From an uncultured archaeon (GTDB lineage Archaea > Asgardarchaeota > Lokiarchaeia > Sigyniarchaeales > SOKP01), in contig CAZDTP010000001.1 in NCBI GenBank assembly GCA_964508365.1, positions 99,700-163,699 of the forward strand: a stretch of DNA of 64,000 nt. The letters are read 5' to 3'. The notes beneath the pieces are model-generated. The model worked only from the letters and a program-made list of their open reading frames with translations, made no database searches and was not told where the DNA came from. A program made the position numbers and the translations under genes. Position 1 is the first letter of the stretch. Every line of letters begins with the position of its first letter. Shown here piece by piece: positions 1 to 9,929 of the stretch.

Positions 1-98
1 TCCTTTTCAAGTAAAGCGACTTCAAATCCCTTTTCAGCAAGAATTTGAGCGCATCTCGAACCTGCGGGGCCTGCTCCAGATATTACGACATCAAACAT
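1..98 (-). CDS. Geranylgeranyl reductase-family flavoprotein, 5' end only (runs off window)
   Basis: Manual translation from ATG at 98: MFDVVISGAGPAGSRCAQILAEKGFEVALLEK, a GxGxxG FAD-binding start typical of GGR family. Confidence 0.8.
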   Translation of the reverse strand, partial: MFDVVISGAGPAGSRCAQILAEKGFEVALLEK

Positions 99-251
99 AG
101 GAATTATTAAGTTTTTTTAGATTAATTATAATTCTTAATGGCTAAAACATTAAAAATGATTTCCTATGGGCTTATTAGTTATATCGAACACTATCGCAAT
201 TAATGGGTTAACACCAAAAATAATTAATTTTCCTCATTCTTAATTCAATCT

Positions 252-1469
252 ATGGCATCAAATAATTCAAGGAATTTTGATTTTGTAATTGTTGGAGCTG
301 GACCAGCTGGCTTAACTGCAGGTATTGTGGCTGCTAGACAGGGATTTAAAGTAATAATCTTAGAAAAAGGAGGACAAGCTGGACCAAAACCTCGTGGCGA
401 AGGTATGGGACATTATGATATTGTCGATGATATCCTAGGAAAAGATTATTTACCTTCGATAGGAATTAAATCCAAGGGAGGGAGAGTTTGGCATTCTCCT
501 GGAAATCAACAAATAACAACTACTTTCCGTGAGTATCCTCACTATTTTTTCGAATGGCGAACATTTATCGATAGATTCGTAGAAAGAGCAAACGAGGTCG
601 GAGTCGAGATTTTATTAGAATGTGAAGTTATAGAACCCATAGAAAAAAATGGGTTTTGTGCTGGCGTTAAATATCAGGATAAATCCATTAATATTAACGA
701 AGTTTATGGAAAGGCAATTATTGATTGCAGTGGATATTCAGGTGTAATCGGTAGACATTATGGAGTGCCTTATGACGAAGAAATCAACTGCCCTATAGTT
801 AAATGCTTAATTAGCGAAGCAAATATAGATATTAAGGAAACTCCCGATTTGAATTTCTTTTTTATTGGAAATGGTGATTTAGACTACTCTCCTGATTTTC
901 CTCCGTGTGTTGCATATATATTTCCGCTAGAAGATAAAAGAGTAGAAGTGGGTTTAATGCTAAGAATGGCACAAGTTCCCCAAATGAAAACCGTTAAAAT
1001 ACCTACTAACGAGGAAATTTTGATGGTTTGGGGCAATTTAAAAAAAAGTTATCCGGGATTTAATGAGTTCTTTAAAGGAGCTAGAATTGATTACGAAGAA
1101 GTAACATACCTACCAAACGCTCGAATGGTAAAAAATTTTGTTCCATATCCTGGTGTAGTTCTTATTGGAGATAGCGCAGGGTTCGTTAATCCTTTTGGTT
1201 CGTCAGGACTATATTATTCCATGGAAATGGCACAATTCTGGGTTAAAAATATAGCAAAGAAAATGAAAGAAGGGGAAAATGTGTGGAGCTCTGAAAAAAT
1301 TGAAGACTATACCACTCTCTTCGAAAATTACGCAGTCTATAAGGAAGTAAAAGGTTTATATAATCTAATTGGTGCTTTTGAATATAAGATATTTAACCGG
1401 TTGCGAACTGCCGAAAAGATAAACCGGAAATGGGATTACATTTCTGCTCTCTTAAAACAAGCATCCTAA
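252..1469 (+). CDS. Geranylgeranyl reductase-family FAD-dependent oxidoreductase
   Basis: N-terminal VGAGPAG Rossmann motif, DCSG motif, C-terminal GDSAGFVNPFGSSG FAD motif. Confidence 0.8.
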   Translation: MASNNSRNFDFVIVGAGPAGLTAGIVAARQGFKVIILEKGGQAGPKPRGEGMGHYDIVDDILGKDYLPSIGIKSKGGRVWHSPGNQQITTTFREYPHYFFEWRTFIDRFVERANEVGVEILLECEVIEPIEKNGFCAGVKYQDKSININEVYGKAIIDCSGYSGVIGRHYGVPYDEEINCPIVKCLISEANIDIKETPDLNFFFIGNGDLDYSPDFPPCVAYIFPLEDKRVEVGLMLRMAQVPQMKTVKIPTNEEILMVWGNLKKSYPGFNEFFKGARIDYEEVTYLPNARMVKNFVPYPGVVLIGDSAGFVNPFGSSGLYYSMEMAQFWVKNIAKKMKEGENVWSSEKIEDYTTLFENYAVYKEVKGLYNLIGAFEYKIFNRLRTAEKINRKWDYISALLKQAS

Positions 1470-1507
1470 TCAATTAGTTATATTTAAAATGAATTAATAA
1501 TACACTG

Positions 1508-3118
1508 ATGATGTTAGAAGATAAAATTATTATCATTCCTAACCCAGTCAATATGATTTTAGGAGAGGGAAATTTCAATATTAACGAGCAAACTGTAGTT
1601 CAGGCAGATCCGAAATTAACTGAAGTTGTCAAGTATTTTACCGATTTATTATTACCTGCAACAGGTTTTAACTTGGAAATAGCTGAACTTAAATCGGATT
1701 TAACCAAATCTAATACTCTCTACTTAATACTTAACGAAAAATTAAGTGATTTAGCTGAAGAAGGATATTCTCTTAAGATAAATCAAGAGAGAATCGTATT
1801 ATCAGCGCCTAAACCCGTTGGGATTTTCTATGGAATTCAAACTATTCGTCAATTACTTCCGATAGAGATAGAAAACAAAAGTGAAAAGTCCGGTATCGAA
1901 TGGATTATTCCTTCTGTTGATATTAAAGATAATCCCCGTTTTTCTTGGAGAGGGTACATGCTTGATGAAGGTAGACATTTTCTGGGAAAAGAAGCTGTAA
2001 AACATATACTCGATTTAATGGCACTTTTCAAGATGAATGTATTTCATTGGCATTTGACAGAGGATCAAGGGTGGAGAATTGAAATAAAGAAATATCCGCG
2101 TCTTACCGAAGTTGGATCAAGGAGAAAAAAAACGCAAATTGGTGGTTTTCTTAGTAAAAAAATGGATGCCACCCCTCATGAAGGTTATTATACTCAGGAA
2201 GAAATACAAGAAATAATTTCTTATGCTGATAAACTCTTTATTAAAATTATTCCAGAAATTGATATGCCTGGTCATTCAAAAGCAGCATTAGCAGCTTACC
2301 CCGAATTTAGCTGTACAGGAGGTCCATTTGAAGTATCTACTACCTTTGGTATAAAGAAAGATGTATATTGCGTTGGTAAAGAAGAAACTTTTGAATTCCT
2401 ACAAAATATTTTGGATGAGATCGTACAGCTGTTTCCTTCTGATATTATTCATATAGGTGGGGACGAAGTTCCTAAAAAAAGATGGGAAAAATGTCAGGAA
2501 TGCCAAGATAGAATGAAATTAGAACATTTAGAAACCGAAAAAGAACTCCAAAAGTATTTTACGAAACGAATAAAGAAATTTCTCTCCGCTCATAACCGTA
2601 GGCTTATGGGATGGAATCAAATACTAGATAATAAGTCAACTAATGATATTATTGGACATTATTGGATTTTTGGTAAGAAGATTATTAATAACCATTTAAG
2701 AAAAGGAGGAAATGTTGTTTTCTCTAAATTTGGTTCTGCATATCTTGATTATTCATATAAATTCACTTCTCTGGGCAAAGCCTATCAATACGAACCAGTC
2801 CCTAAGAAGTTGCAAAAGGAATACCACAATAATGTTTTAGGAATCGAGGCAACCATGTGGACAGAATGGGTTAGGAATATTCGTGAATTGGATTGGCAAA
2901 CTTTTCCACGACTAATTGCGTTTGCGGAGACTGGTTGGATTCCTAAAGAACAAAGAAGCTTTAAGTCGTTTCAAACTCGCCTTGAATACCTTCATACACG
3001 ATTAGATTTGCTTGGAGTTTATCATGCACAGAAGCAGGAATATCAACCTAATTTTTTTAAAAGATTAATTGGATTTTTTACAATATTTAAAGAACCAAAA
3101 AGGAGTTCTTTATCCTAA
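1508..3118 (+). CDS. Beta-N-acetylhexosaminidase (GH20)
   Basis: MLDEGRH, HWHLTEDQGW and catalytic HIGGDEV motifs; no signal peptide. Confidence 0.92.
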   Translation: MMLEDKIIIIPNPVNMILGEGNFNINEQTVVQADPKLTEVVKYFTDLLLPATGFNLEIAELKSDLTKSNTLYLILNEKLSDLAEEGYSLKINQERIVLSAPKPVGIFYGIQTIRQLLPIEIENKSEKSGIEWIIPSVDIKDNPRFSWRGYMLDEGRHFLGKEAVKHILDLMALFKMNVFHWHLTEDQGWRIEIKKYPRLTEVGSRRKKTQIGGFLSKKMDATPHEGYYTQEEIQEIISYADKLFIKIIPEIDMPGHSKAALAAYPEFSCTGGPFEVSTTFGIKKDVYCVGKEETFEFLQNILDEIVQLFPSDIIHIGGDEVPKKRWEKCQECQDRMKLEHLETEKELQKYFTKRIKKFLSAHNRRLMGWNQILDNKSTNDIIGHYWIFGKKIINNHLRKGGNVVFSKFGSAYLDYSYKFTSLGKAYQYEPVPKKLQKEYHNNVLGIEATMWTEWVRNIRELDWQTFPRLIAFAETGWIPKEQRSFKSFQTRLEYLHTRLDLLGVYHAQKQEYQPNFFKRLIGFFTIFKEPKRSSLS

Positions 3119-3141
3119 AAAAGAAATTTTAAATAAGTGAT

Positions 3142-5112
3142 ATGAATATGGATTCAAACGATAACGGTAGAGGTTATTTTGATTATAGGGAAAGATTAAA
3201 TGATGTAAATGATATTAAATTTGATATCAATAACGAAATTATCGTTAACAGTAAAGCTTCAATAAAAATCACATTTATTTCTAAGATAGAATATCCCCGT
3301 CGTACCCAATTTAGATTCGTAATACCTTATGGTTGGGAGCCTATCAATATTAAAAATGATTTCTGCTCAATTTCTTCTTCTGTAATGGGTAAAATAAAAA
3401 AAACAAATTCTAGCTTAATGTTAGCTTATGTCTTACAAGATGAAATGAAACCTGGTGAAATTATTGAATTTAAATATAATGTATCAAACTTGGTTAATAC
3501 TGCTGGTGAAATGGCTTATCTGGATAAAGTTTATTCAGCTATAGATATAAAACTCCCTAAAGAGAAATTCTATACCCGCGTAGGGATTAAGTATATCTCT
3601 ATGATTTCAGATAAAATCAGTTTTTTCTTAGTAAAAATTCCTACAATTTACCATCAAAAACCAGTTGATATCGAAATTGTAGCTTTAGATAAATTCGGAA
3701 ATAAAAACAATAGCTTTAACGAGGAAGTCAGGATTTCAGGTGATCAATGTTTAGAATTTCCTAAATATGCTAAATTAAAAAATGGTTACGTTAAACTCAC
3801 TCAATCATTAGCATTTAAGGAAAGTAGAAATGAAAAAACAAAAACCTCTACATTATTACAATACAATACAGGCTATACACAATATCCTGTGTTTCCTGAA
3901 TTGAAGTCAGACATCGGAAAATTGCTCGTTAATTATGGAGAAATTAATGGCATTTCGAATCCAATAGTTTGGGACGATGATTATGATTGTCAACTTTTTT
4001 GGGGTGATACTCATATCCATACTCGAGAGTTCTCAGATGGCATTGGAACGGGAAGAGATGCTTTCCATTATGCAAAGAATGTTGTCCTTCATGATTTTGC
4101 TGCTTTAGGGGACCACCTAAACCAAAGAAATAATGAGTTTATGGAGGGTCGAACAAATATTTTTTATCCATACGATGAAACGGTTTGGGCTTCTTTAATT
4201 AGATTATGTAAAGACTGGAGCGACAATGAATTTACAGCTATCCCCGGATATGAATGGTCGGGACGGAATTATTATGTTACCATTGCTACAAAAACACAGA
4301 GTCCTTACGAATCAATCTCAGACAAGGTAATATTATTTCCTATTGAACACGCCGAGGAAGCGCCCTTAATTGACTATACTACAGAAAATGGTTGTTTTCA
4401 ACATCAGTTATATGGAGCACTAAAAGACGTAGAATGTGCCATTATTTCCCATACTCCAATAAGTTTTGTAATGGGTACGTCATGGACAGAAGTAAATGAT
4501 AATATAGAAAAAGTAGTAGAGATTTATTCCTCACACGGTTCAAGCGAATTAATGAATGGGAATTATAGACCCTTAGTTAACAACAAAAACAAGGGTAGCG
4601 TGAATTGGGCGTTAAATAATGGTTTTAAACTCGGGTTTATTGGCGGTGGTGATGACCATTATTCTCATCCTGGATGCCCAATTAGACAATATAAGATGAA
4701 AAATTTAGTTCCAATATTAAGGTATCGACCTGGAATTGCAGCTGTATTTTCGGACAAGCTAACTTCTAAAGAAATAATTCGGAGTATTAACCATAAAAAG
4801 TGTTACGCTACAACTGGAGAAAGAATATGGATGAAAATTAAGATAGATTCTGCCTTAATGGGGCAAAAAATAGATGTTTCTAAGTGTCCATTAATAATTG
4901 CGACTGTGTGTGGAACAGGTAAGCTGGAAAGCGTAGAACTCATAAAAAATGGCGAGGTTGTTGCAATTAGAGTCCCTACAAACGATCGTATCAAGTTTGG
5001 ATACGAAGATACTATTCTGAAGAAGGGTGATAATGCATATTATTACATTCGAGCAACCCAATTCGATGGGGAAAGAGGTTGGACTTCTCCTATTTGGGTA
5101 AATTATAATTAA
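3142..5112 (+). CDS. PHP-fold metallohydrolase (DUF3604 / CehA-McbA-like) with N-terminal beta-rich domains
   Basis: WGDTHIHT, GDH, GYEWS, HTP and GGGDDHYSHPG metal-binding motifs; C-terminal YYYIRATQ...WTSPIW. Confidence 0.7.
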   Translation: MNMDSNDNGRGYFDYRERLNDVNDIKFDINNEIIVNSKASIKITFISKIEYPRRTQFRFVIPYGWEPINIKNDFCSISSSVMGKIKKTNSSLMLAYVLQDEMKPGEIIEFKYNVSNLVNTAGEMAYLDKVYSAIDIKLPKEKFYTRVGIKYISMISDKISFFLVKIPTIYHQKPVDIEIVALDKFGNKNNSFNEEVRISGDQCLEFPKYAKLKNGYVKLTQSLAFKESRNEKTKTSTLLQYNTGYTQYPVFPELKSDIGKLLVNYGEINGISNPIVWDDDYDCQLFWGDTHIHTREFSDGIGTGRDAFHYAKNVVLHDFAALGDHLNQRNNEFMEGRTNIFYPYDETVWASLIRLCKDWSDNEFTAIPGYEWSGRNYYVTIATKTQSPYESISDKVILFPIEHAEEAPLIDYTTENGCFQHQLYGALKDVECAIISHTPISFVMGTSWTEVNDNIEKVVEIYSSHGSSELMNGNYRPLVNNKNKGSVNWALNNGFKLGFIGGGDDHYSHPGCPIRQYKMKNLVPILRYRPGIAAVFSDKLTSKEIIRSINHKKCYATTGERIWMKIKIDSALMGQKIDVSKCPLIIATVCGTGKLESVELIKNGEVVAIRVPTNDRIKFGYEDTILKKGDNAYYYIRATQFDGERGWTSPIWVNYN

Positions 5113-5155
5113 AAAAAAAGCATAGAAATAATTTTTAGAATTGTATCTTTACTTT

Positions 5156-6052
5156 TTATGATTTTTTTCTAACAATGTCGCGGATTTTTCTATACCCGAT
5201 TATCTTTAAGTTATACTTTTCAACACATTCTTTAATTTTTGGATTTATAAATGCCTGATAATCGAGATCTCGCCATTTTGCAGTTTCAGGGACTATTGCG
5301 TTTAATTCTGTGCTCATTTTCGCAGCGTGAAACAAAAAATGTGTGATGCCTGGTTTAATCTCGCTAAATCTTTTACAATAGTAATCTGTTTTATTTGGAC
5401 TATCTCCCATCGTATCGATAATCATGTAATCGAGAATAGGAGTACCACTTTCTTCTAATTTCTCAAACATTTTTAAGTAAACATCAATTACATTTCCAAA
5501 ACCTGCGGCTTCAAGCTCTTCCCTAGAGACTCGAGGTAAAAAAGCAGCAACTTTAAATTCTCGAGCTATCTTCAAATAGGAAGGAAGAAATTTAGGATCC
5601 ATGACAGTTCCCATATGAGTGTCTATATGTGTGACATCAATACCACTATCAAGCGCTGTTTGAACTTGAGTACGCATTTCTATTTCTGCTGCTTGAGGAT
5701 TTATATTAGCAATAGCCTCCTCAGCAGTGCGCCACAAGGATCGTTCTGAGTCAAGTAACCCTGTTTTAGGATCTACACTACTCAATGCCCGCCATCTATA
5801 AAGATCATATTCACATGTGAGAGTTAAATGCACACCCATATCATAAGAAGGTTTCTTTTTACATATTGATGCGGTTTCTAAAAACCAAGGTGCAGGGACT
5901 ATTACTGATCCGCAACTAGCGACACCGAAATCCAAACATTCAAAAGTAGCTAGATTTGAAGAGTGAGAAAACCCTACATCGTCAATGTGAAAAATAACCA
6001 CTTTATCAGTGGTTTCAAAACCTAGTTGCTCAATTAGGCTTAGTTTTTTCAT
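5156..6052 (-). CDS. YdjC/ChbG-family carbohydrate deacetylase
   Basis: HIDDVG, GVHLTL, THIDTHMG and FHA motifs. Confidence 0.85.
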   Translation of the reverse strand: MKKLSLIEQLGFETTDKVVIFHIDDVGFSHSSNLATFECLDFGVASCGSVIVPAPWFLETASICKKKPSYDMGVHLTLTCEYDLYRWRALSSVDPKTGLLDSERSLWRTAEEAIANINPQAAEIEMRTQVQTALDSGIDVTHIDTHMGTVMDPKFLPSYLKIAREFKVAAFLPRVSREELEAAGFGNVIDVYLKMFEKLEESGTPILDYMIIDTMGDSPNKTDYYCKRFSEIKPGITHFLFHAAKMSTELNAIVPETAKWRDLDYQAFINPKIKECVEKYNLKIIGYRKIRDIVRKKS

Positions 6053-6124
6053 TTTTATTTTCCCGTCTTAAATTGAATTTTTTTATGGGTCTTTACTAAA
6101 ACAATATAACAAGTGTTATTATAA

Positions 6125-6751
6125 TTACCAAATTGAGAAATCTTTTTCTTTTGAAAAATCCCTTTTTAAAGGTTTTCCAGTCATTAAAGTAAGATATCTT
6201 ATATATGCTGATTGTTCTGCTCCAGTAACATACTGTAATGCGTCTTCTAATGTCATTCCTTTAGCAAATAATCCATGACCTCTTACTACAACAAATGGGT
6301 AATTTTTAAGCATTTTTGGTACTTCTATTGATGTATAATATGCCCCAGCAGGTATTTCAACATCAATAATTGGGATTTTTTTATACAAGGCAAAACCTTC
6401 GGCATCTATACATGTTATTTCATCCTCAATTAAAGATAATGCGACACAATATGGATTATGAGCATGTATGACTGCCATTGCATCAGTTTCTAAATAGATC
6501 GCTCGGTGAACTCCAAGTTCTGTACTAGCGATGAGTGAACTTGAGTCTTCCTCTTTTAAATTACTCACTACTAAATCTTCAAGTTGTAAATCCCCTAACA
6601 TAGCAGCCCTTCTTTTAATAATTATCTTACCTCCACTTCGAATGGAGATATTCCCTGAATGAGATGTATTATAGCCATGCCTAACTAAATGCTTCCCAAC
6701 TTTTTTGAAAATATTATATATTGATTCTTCAACAATCATAAATTTCAACAT
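6125..6751 (-). CDS. Class II (Zn) aldolase, FucA-like; probable rhamnulose-1-phosphate aldolase from context
   Basis: SGNIS, STE (catalytic Glu), HAH and RGHG Zn ligands; in operon with rhaA. Confidence 0.8.
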   Translation of the reverse strand: MLKFMIVEESIYNIFKKVGKHLVRHGYNTSHSGNISIRSGGKIIIKRRAAMLGDLQLEDLVVSNLKEEDSSSLIASTELGVHRAIYLETDAMAVIHAHNPYCVALSLIEDEITCIDAEGFALYKKIPIIDVEIPAGAYYTSIEVPKMLKNYPFVVVRGHGLFAKGMTLEDALQYVTGAEQSAYIRYLTLMTGKPLKRDFSKEKDFSIW

Positions 6752-6759
6752 TTTTTTAA

Positions 6760-8550
6760 TTAAATATGTTTAATACCAAGTTTTTTTAATAATTCTGGTT
6801 CTGGAAATCCGTTAATATCCCACCCTCGTACATAATAGTACTGTTCTAACATTTTTTCTAATGGTACAACATGTCCTTTGGAAACTCCTTCCTTAAGGGG
6901 TTCACTTATAAATCTTGGTGGTAAAATATCGTCTTTTTTACTTAATCCTTCTTTAATATTAAAAATCCTTTCTAAATTATATATTCTTTCCCCTATTTCA
7001 AGAAGTTTTACCACATCATAATCAATTCCTGTAATAGCTTTCATAAACCGAGCATAATAATCAAGTCCTAGAGCCCAACCCGCAAAAGCACATATTACTA
7101 GACTGTCTTCTATGGCTTTTTGATTCTGTTTTAAAACCAGTAAATCAGGTTTTCCTGCCATCGTAAATCTATCAATTTTTTTTGGTGCTGCAAAAATTTC
7201 TAAAGAAGCCATGTATCCAGTTAGGTGACATCCTCCTCTATTTGATGTAGCGTAACCCAGCGCATGTCCAATAGCCCCCCTTGGATCATATGCAGGCAGT
7301 TCTAATCCTTTTACCTGCATAGCAACTTCTTCAGAGTTGTAGCTTTTAGAAAGTAATCTTGAGCCCTCACTAATTTGAGCTCCAATATCCTCTTTTAAAG
7401 CAATTTTTTTCACTAATTCTTTTAGGATATTACTATTTCCAAATTGAAGAGAAGAATCTTTTAGGAGCCCCATTTCCTGCAACTCCATGGCACAAGCAAT
7501 ACTTCCACCACAAGATATTGTATCAATTCCATACTTATTGCATAAATAGTTTGCTTGAGTAACCGTGATTAAATCGTATATACCAAGATTAGGTCCAAGA
7601 GCCCAAACAGATTCATATTCAGGACCTTTACCTTTCATATCACCTGCTCTTGTTAATCTGCCACATCTTATAGGACAGGCATAACAACCCTCGTGTTCTT
7701 GGGTTAATTTTTTATTTATTTCCTCACCGCTAACTTGAGTAGCTCTCTCATCAAAACCCTTTTGAAAATTATTTATTGGAAACATACCTAGTATATTAAT
7801 CACATTAACCAAAGCTGAAGTTCCAAACAGAGGTAAAGAAGAACGGGTAATAGGAACAACTTTTATCTTATCTTGGGCGACTTTCACATATTTCTTCAAT
7901 AAATCTAGATTATCAATATCAATTTTGGTATCCCCACCTTTCACTACAATTGCCTTAAGGTTTTTAGAACCCATAACAGCTCCAACACCACCTCTACCAA
8001 ATGCTCTCGCCGCATCGTTCATTATTGCAGCAATTTTTATTAAGTTCTCACCTGCAGGTCCAATCATCAATGAATTAATTCTATTACCTTCGAGCTTTTT
8101 TAATTCTTCAAAAGTCTTTTCAGTGTCACACCCCCATAATCTTGAAGCTTCTTTAATAACAATTTCTTTTCCACCCTCGATTAATAGATATCCGGGTTCT
8201 TTTAATGCTCCTTGAATTAAAATACCATCATACCCACATCTTTTCATAACGACACTGAAGGAACCACCTGAATTAGAATAGAATATTCCATTTGTTAAAG
8301 GTGATTTTGTTACTAATGAAAAACGGCCATTAGTAGGCACTATTGTTCCGCCAAAAGGACCTGTCGCAAAAATTAGTAAATTTTTTGGATCTAGAGGATT
8401 AAGATTTACTGGAAGCTTATCTGATAATAATTTTACTCCTAAACCTCTTCCTCCTATATAATCTAATAAAATTTCTTCAGGAACAGGTACTTCATTAAAC
8501 TTATCGTGATTTAAATCTACTTCAAGAATTTTGTTATTTAATCCTTTCAT
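6760..8550 (-). CDS. aor: Aldehyde:ferredoxin oxidoreductase (W/Mo-bispterin AOR family)
   Basis: GGRGLG, GRGGVGAVMGSKNLKA, C-x2-C-x3-C (CYACPIRC), EYES, DTIS and RGGCH motifs. Confidence 0.92.
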   Translation of the reverse strand: MKGLNNKILEVDLNHDKFNEVPVPEEILLDYIGGRGLGVKLLSDKLPVNLNPLDPKNLLIFATGPFGGTIVPTNGRFSLVTKSPLTNGIFYSNSGGSFSVVMKRCGYDGILIQGALKEPGYLLIEGGKEIVIKEASRLWGCDTEKTFEELKKLEGNRINSLMIGPAGENLIKIAAIMNDAARAFGRGGVGAVMGSKNLKAIVVKGGDTKIDIDNLDLLKKYVKVAQDKIKVVPITRSSLPLFGTSALVNVINILGMFPINNFQKGFDERATQVSGEEINKKLTQEHEGCYACPIRCGRLTRAGDMKGKGPEYESVWALGPNLGIYDLITVTQANYLCNKYGIDTISCGGSIACAMELQEMGLLKDSSLQFGNSNILKELVKKIALKEDIGAQISEGSRLLSKSYNSEEVAMQVKGLELPAYDPRGAIGHALGYATSNRGGCHLTGYMASLEIFAAPKKIDRFTMAGKPDLLVLKQNQKAIEDSLVICAFAGWALGLDYYARFMKAITGIDYDVVKLLEIGERIYNLERIFNIKEGLSKKDDILPPRFISEPLKEGVSKGHVVPLEKMLEQYYYVRGWDINGFPEPELLKKLGIKHI

Positions 8551-8552
8551 TA

Positions 8553-9827
8553 TTATATCCTGTTCACTAAGGTTTCGCGTTCATATACTTCCACACTTTT
8601 AATCCAATCTTTTCCAACTGGTACGTTACACTTGTAACAGTAATAATCCCATACAGCTCCAAACGGAAGAGATTTAATTTCTTCGAGATATGCTAATCTT
8701 TGAAATAATTGGTTATTCTCTTCATATTCCTTTAATAGCTCCAAAGGTTGTAATAAAGCATTTAATAGGCTTTTCAAAGTTGCTCTAGCCCCTATAATCC
8801 ATGCACCGAGACGATTTATAGAGGCATCAAAAAAATCTAATCCAAGGCAAATTTTTTCACGGTTTTTGCATCTGATTATTTCCTCAGAAAGGTGCATCAA
8901 ATCATCGTTTAAAATGACAACATGATCGCTGTCCCACCTCACACCTCGACTAATATGAAGCATTATTCCATCAAGGAATGGTAAGATTGCCGTAATTTTA
9001 TCTGCAACGGATTCAGTAGGATGAAAATGACCCGTATCTAGTGTGAGCATGAGATTATTCTTCACAGCGTAACTTAAATAAAAATCATGACTCCCAACAA
9101 CAAATGCTTCGCTCTCTATTCCAAATAATTTTCCCTCAAGAGAATCTTTCATATATTCTGGATTATACTTCTGATTAAAAATGTGATCTAATGAATTCTT
9201 CAATAAATCTCTATGCCCTGCTCTATCCACGGGAATATCTTTAGAACCATCAGGAATCCATAAATTGTGAATTACAGGATTATTTAACTGCCTTCCAATC
9301 TCAGCACTTATTTCTCGACACTTTTGAACATGTTCGATCCAGAAATTTCTAATTTCTGAAGATTTGCTGCTCAAGGTATAACCTGAATCAGCTTTAGGGT
9401 GTGAAAAAAGTGTAGAATTAAAATCCAATCCTAATTTCTTTTCCTTTGCCCAATCTATCCAATTTTGAAAATGTTCAGGTTTAATTGCGTTCCTGTCTAT
9501 AAATTTACGTTTAAAATCTCCATAAGAAGCGTGTAAATTAACTCTTTGATTGCCAGGGATTAATGATAGCGCTTTAGTCAGATCCATTTGAAGCTCTTTA
9601 ATGGTTCTTGCTTTACCAGGATAATTTCCCGTTGATAAAATTCCCCCTCCGGTAATTACGGATTCAGGACGCTCAAAACCGCCTACATCATCCCCTTGCC
9701 AACAATGGATTGATAAGGATATTTGTTTTAGCTCATTTAAAGCTAAATCAGTATTAACTCCAAATTCTTTATACTTATCTTTTGCAACTCCATAGAGATT
9801 TTTTAAATCTTGAAGCAAAAAAACCAC
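8553..9827 (-). CDS. rhaA: L-rhamnose isomerase (E. coli RhaA type)
   Basis: SIHCWQGDDVGGFE, GNYPGKAR, LDTGHFHPTE, RGVRWDSDH and GLDFFDASINR motifs. Confidence 0.95.
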   Translation of the reverse strand: MVFLLQDLKNLYGVAKDKYKEFGVNTDLALNELKQISLSIHCWQGDDVGGFERPESVITGGGILSTGNYPGKARTIKELQMDLTKALSLIPGNQRVNLHASYGDFKRKFIDRNAIKPEHFQNWIDWAKEKKLGLDFNSTLFSHPKADSGYTLSSKSSEIRNFWIEHVQKCREISAEIGRQLNNPVIHNLWIPDGSKDIPVDRAGHRDLLKNSLDHIFNQKYNPEYMKDSLEGKLFGIESEAFVVGSHDFYLSYAVKNNLMLTLDTGHFHPTESVADKITAILPFLDGIMLHISRGVRWDSDHVVILNDDLMHLSEEIIRCKNREKICLGLDFFDASINRLGAWIIGARATLKSLLNALLQPLELLKEYEENNQLFQRLAYLEEIKSLPFGAVWDYYCYKCNVPVGKDWIKSVEVYERETLVNRI

Positions 9828-9929
9828 ACTCTAATTATTAAAATTTTACCTGCTAATAAAAATTTATAATTTATAAACGGTTATAATGATTTATATTTAC
9901 TACTAACAATCCTAAATTGAAATAATAGT

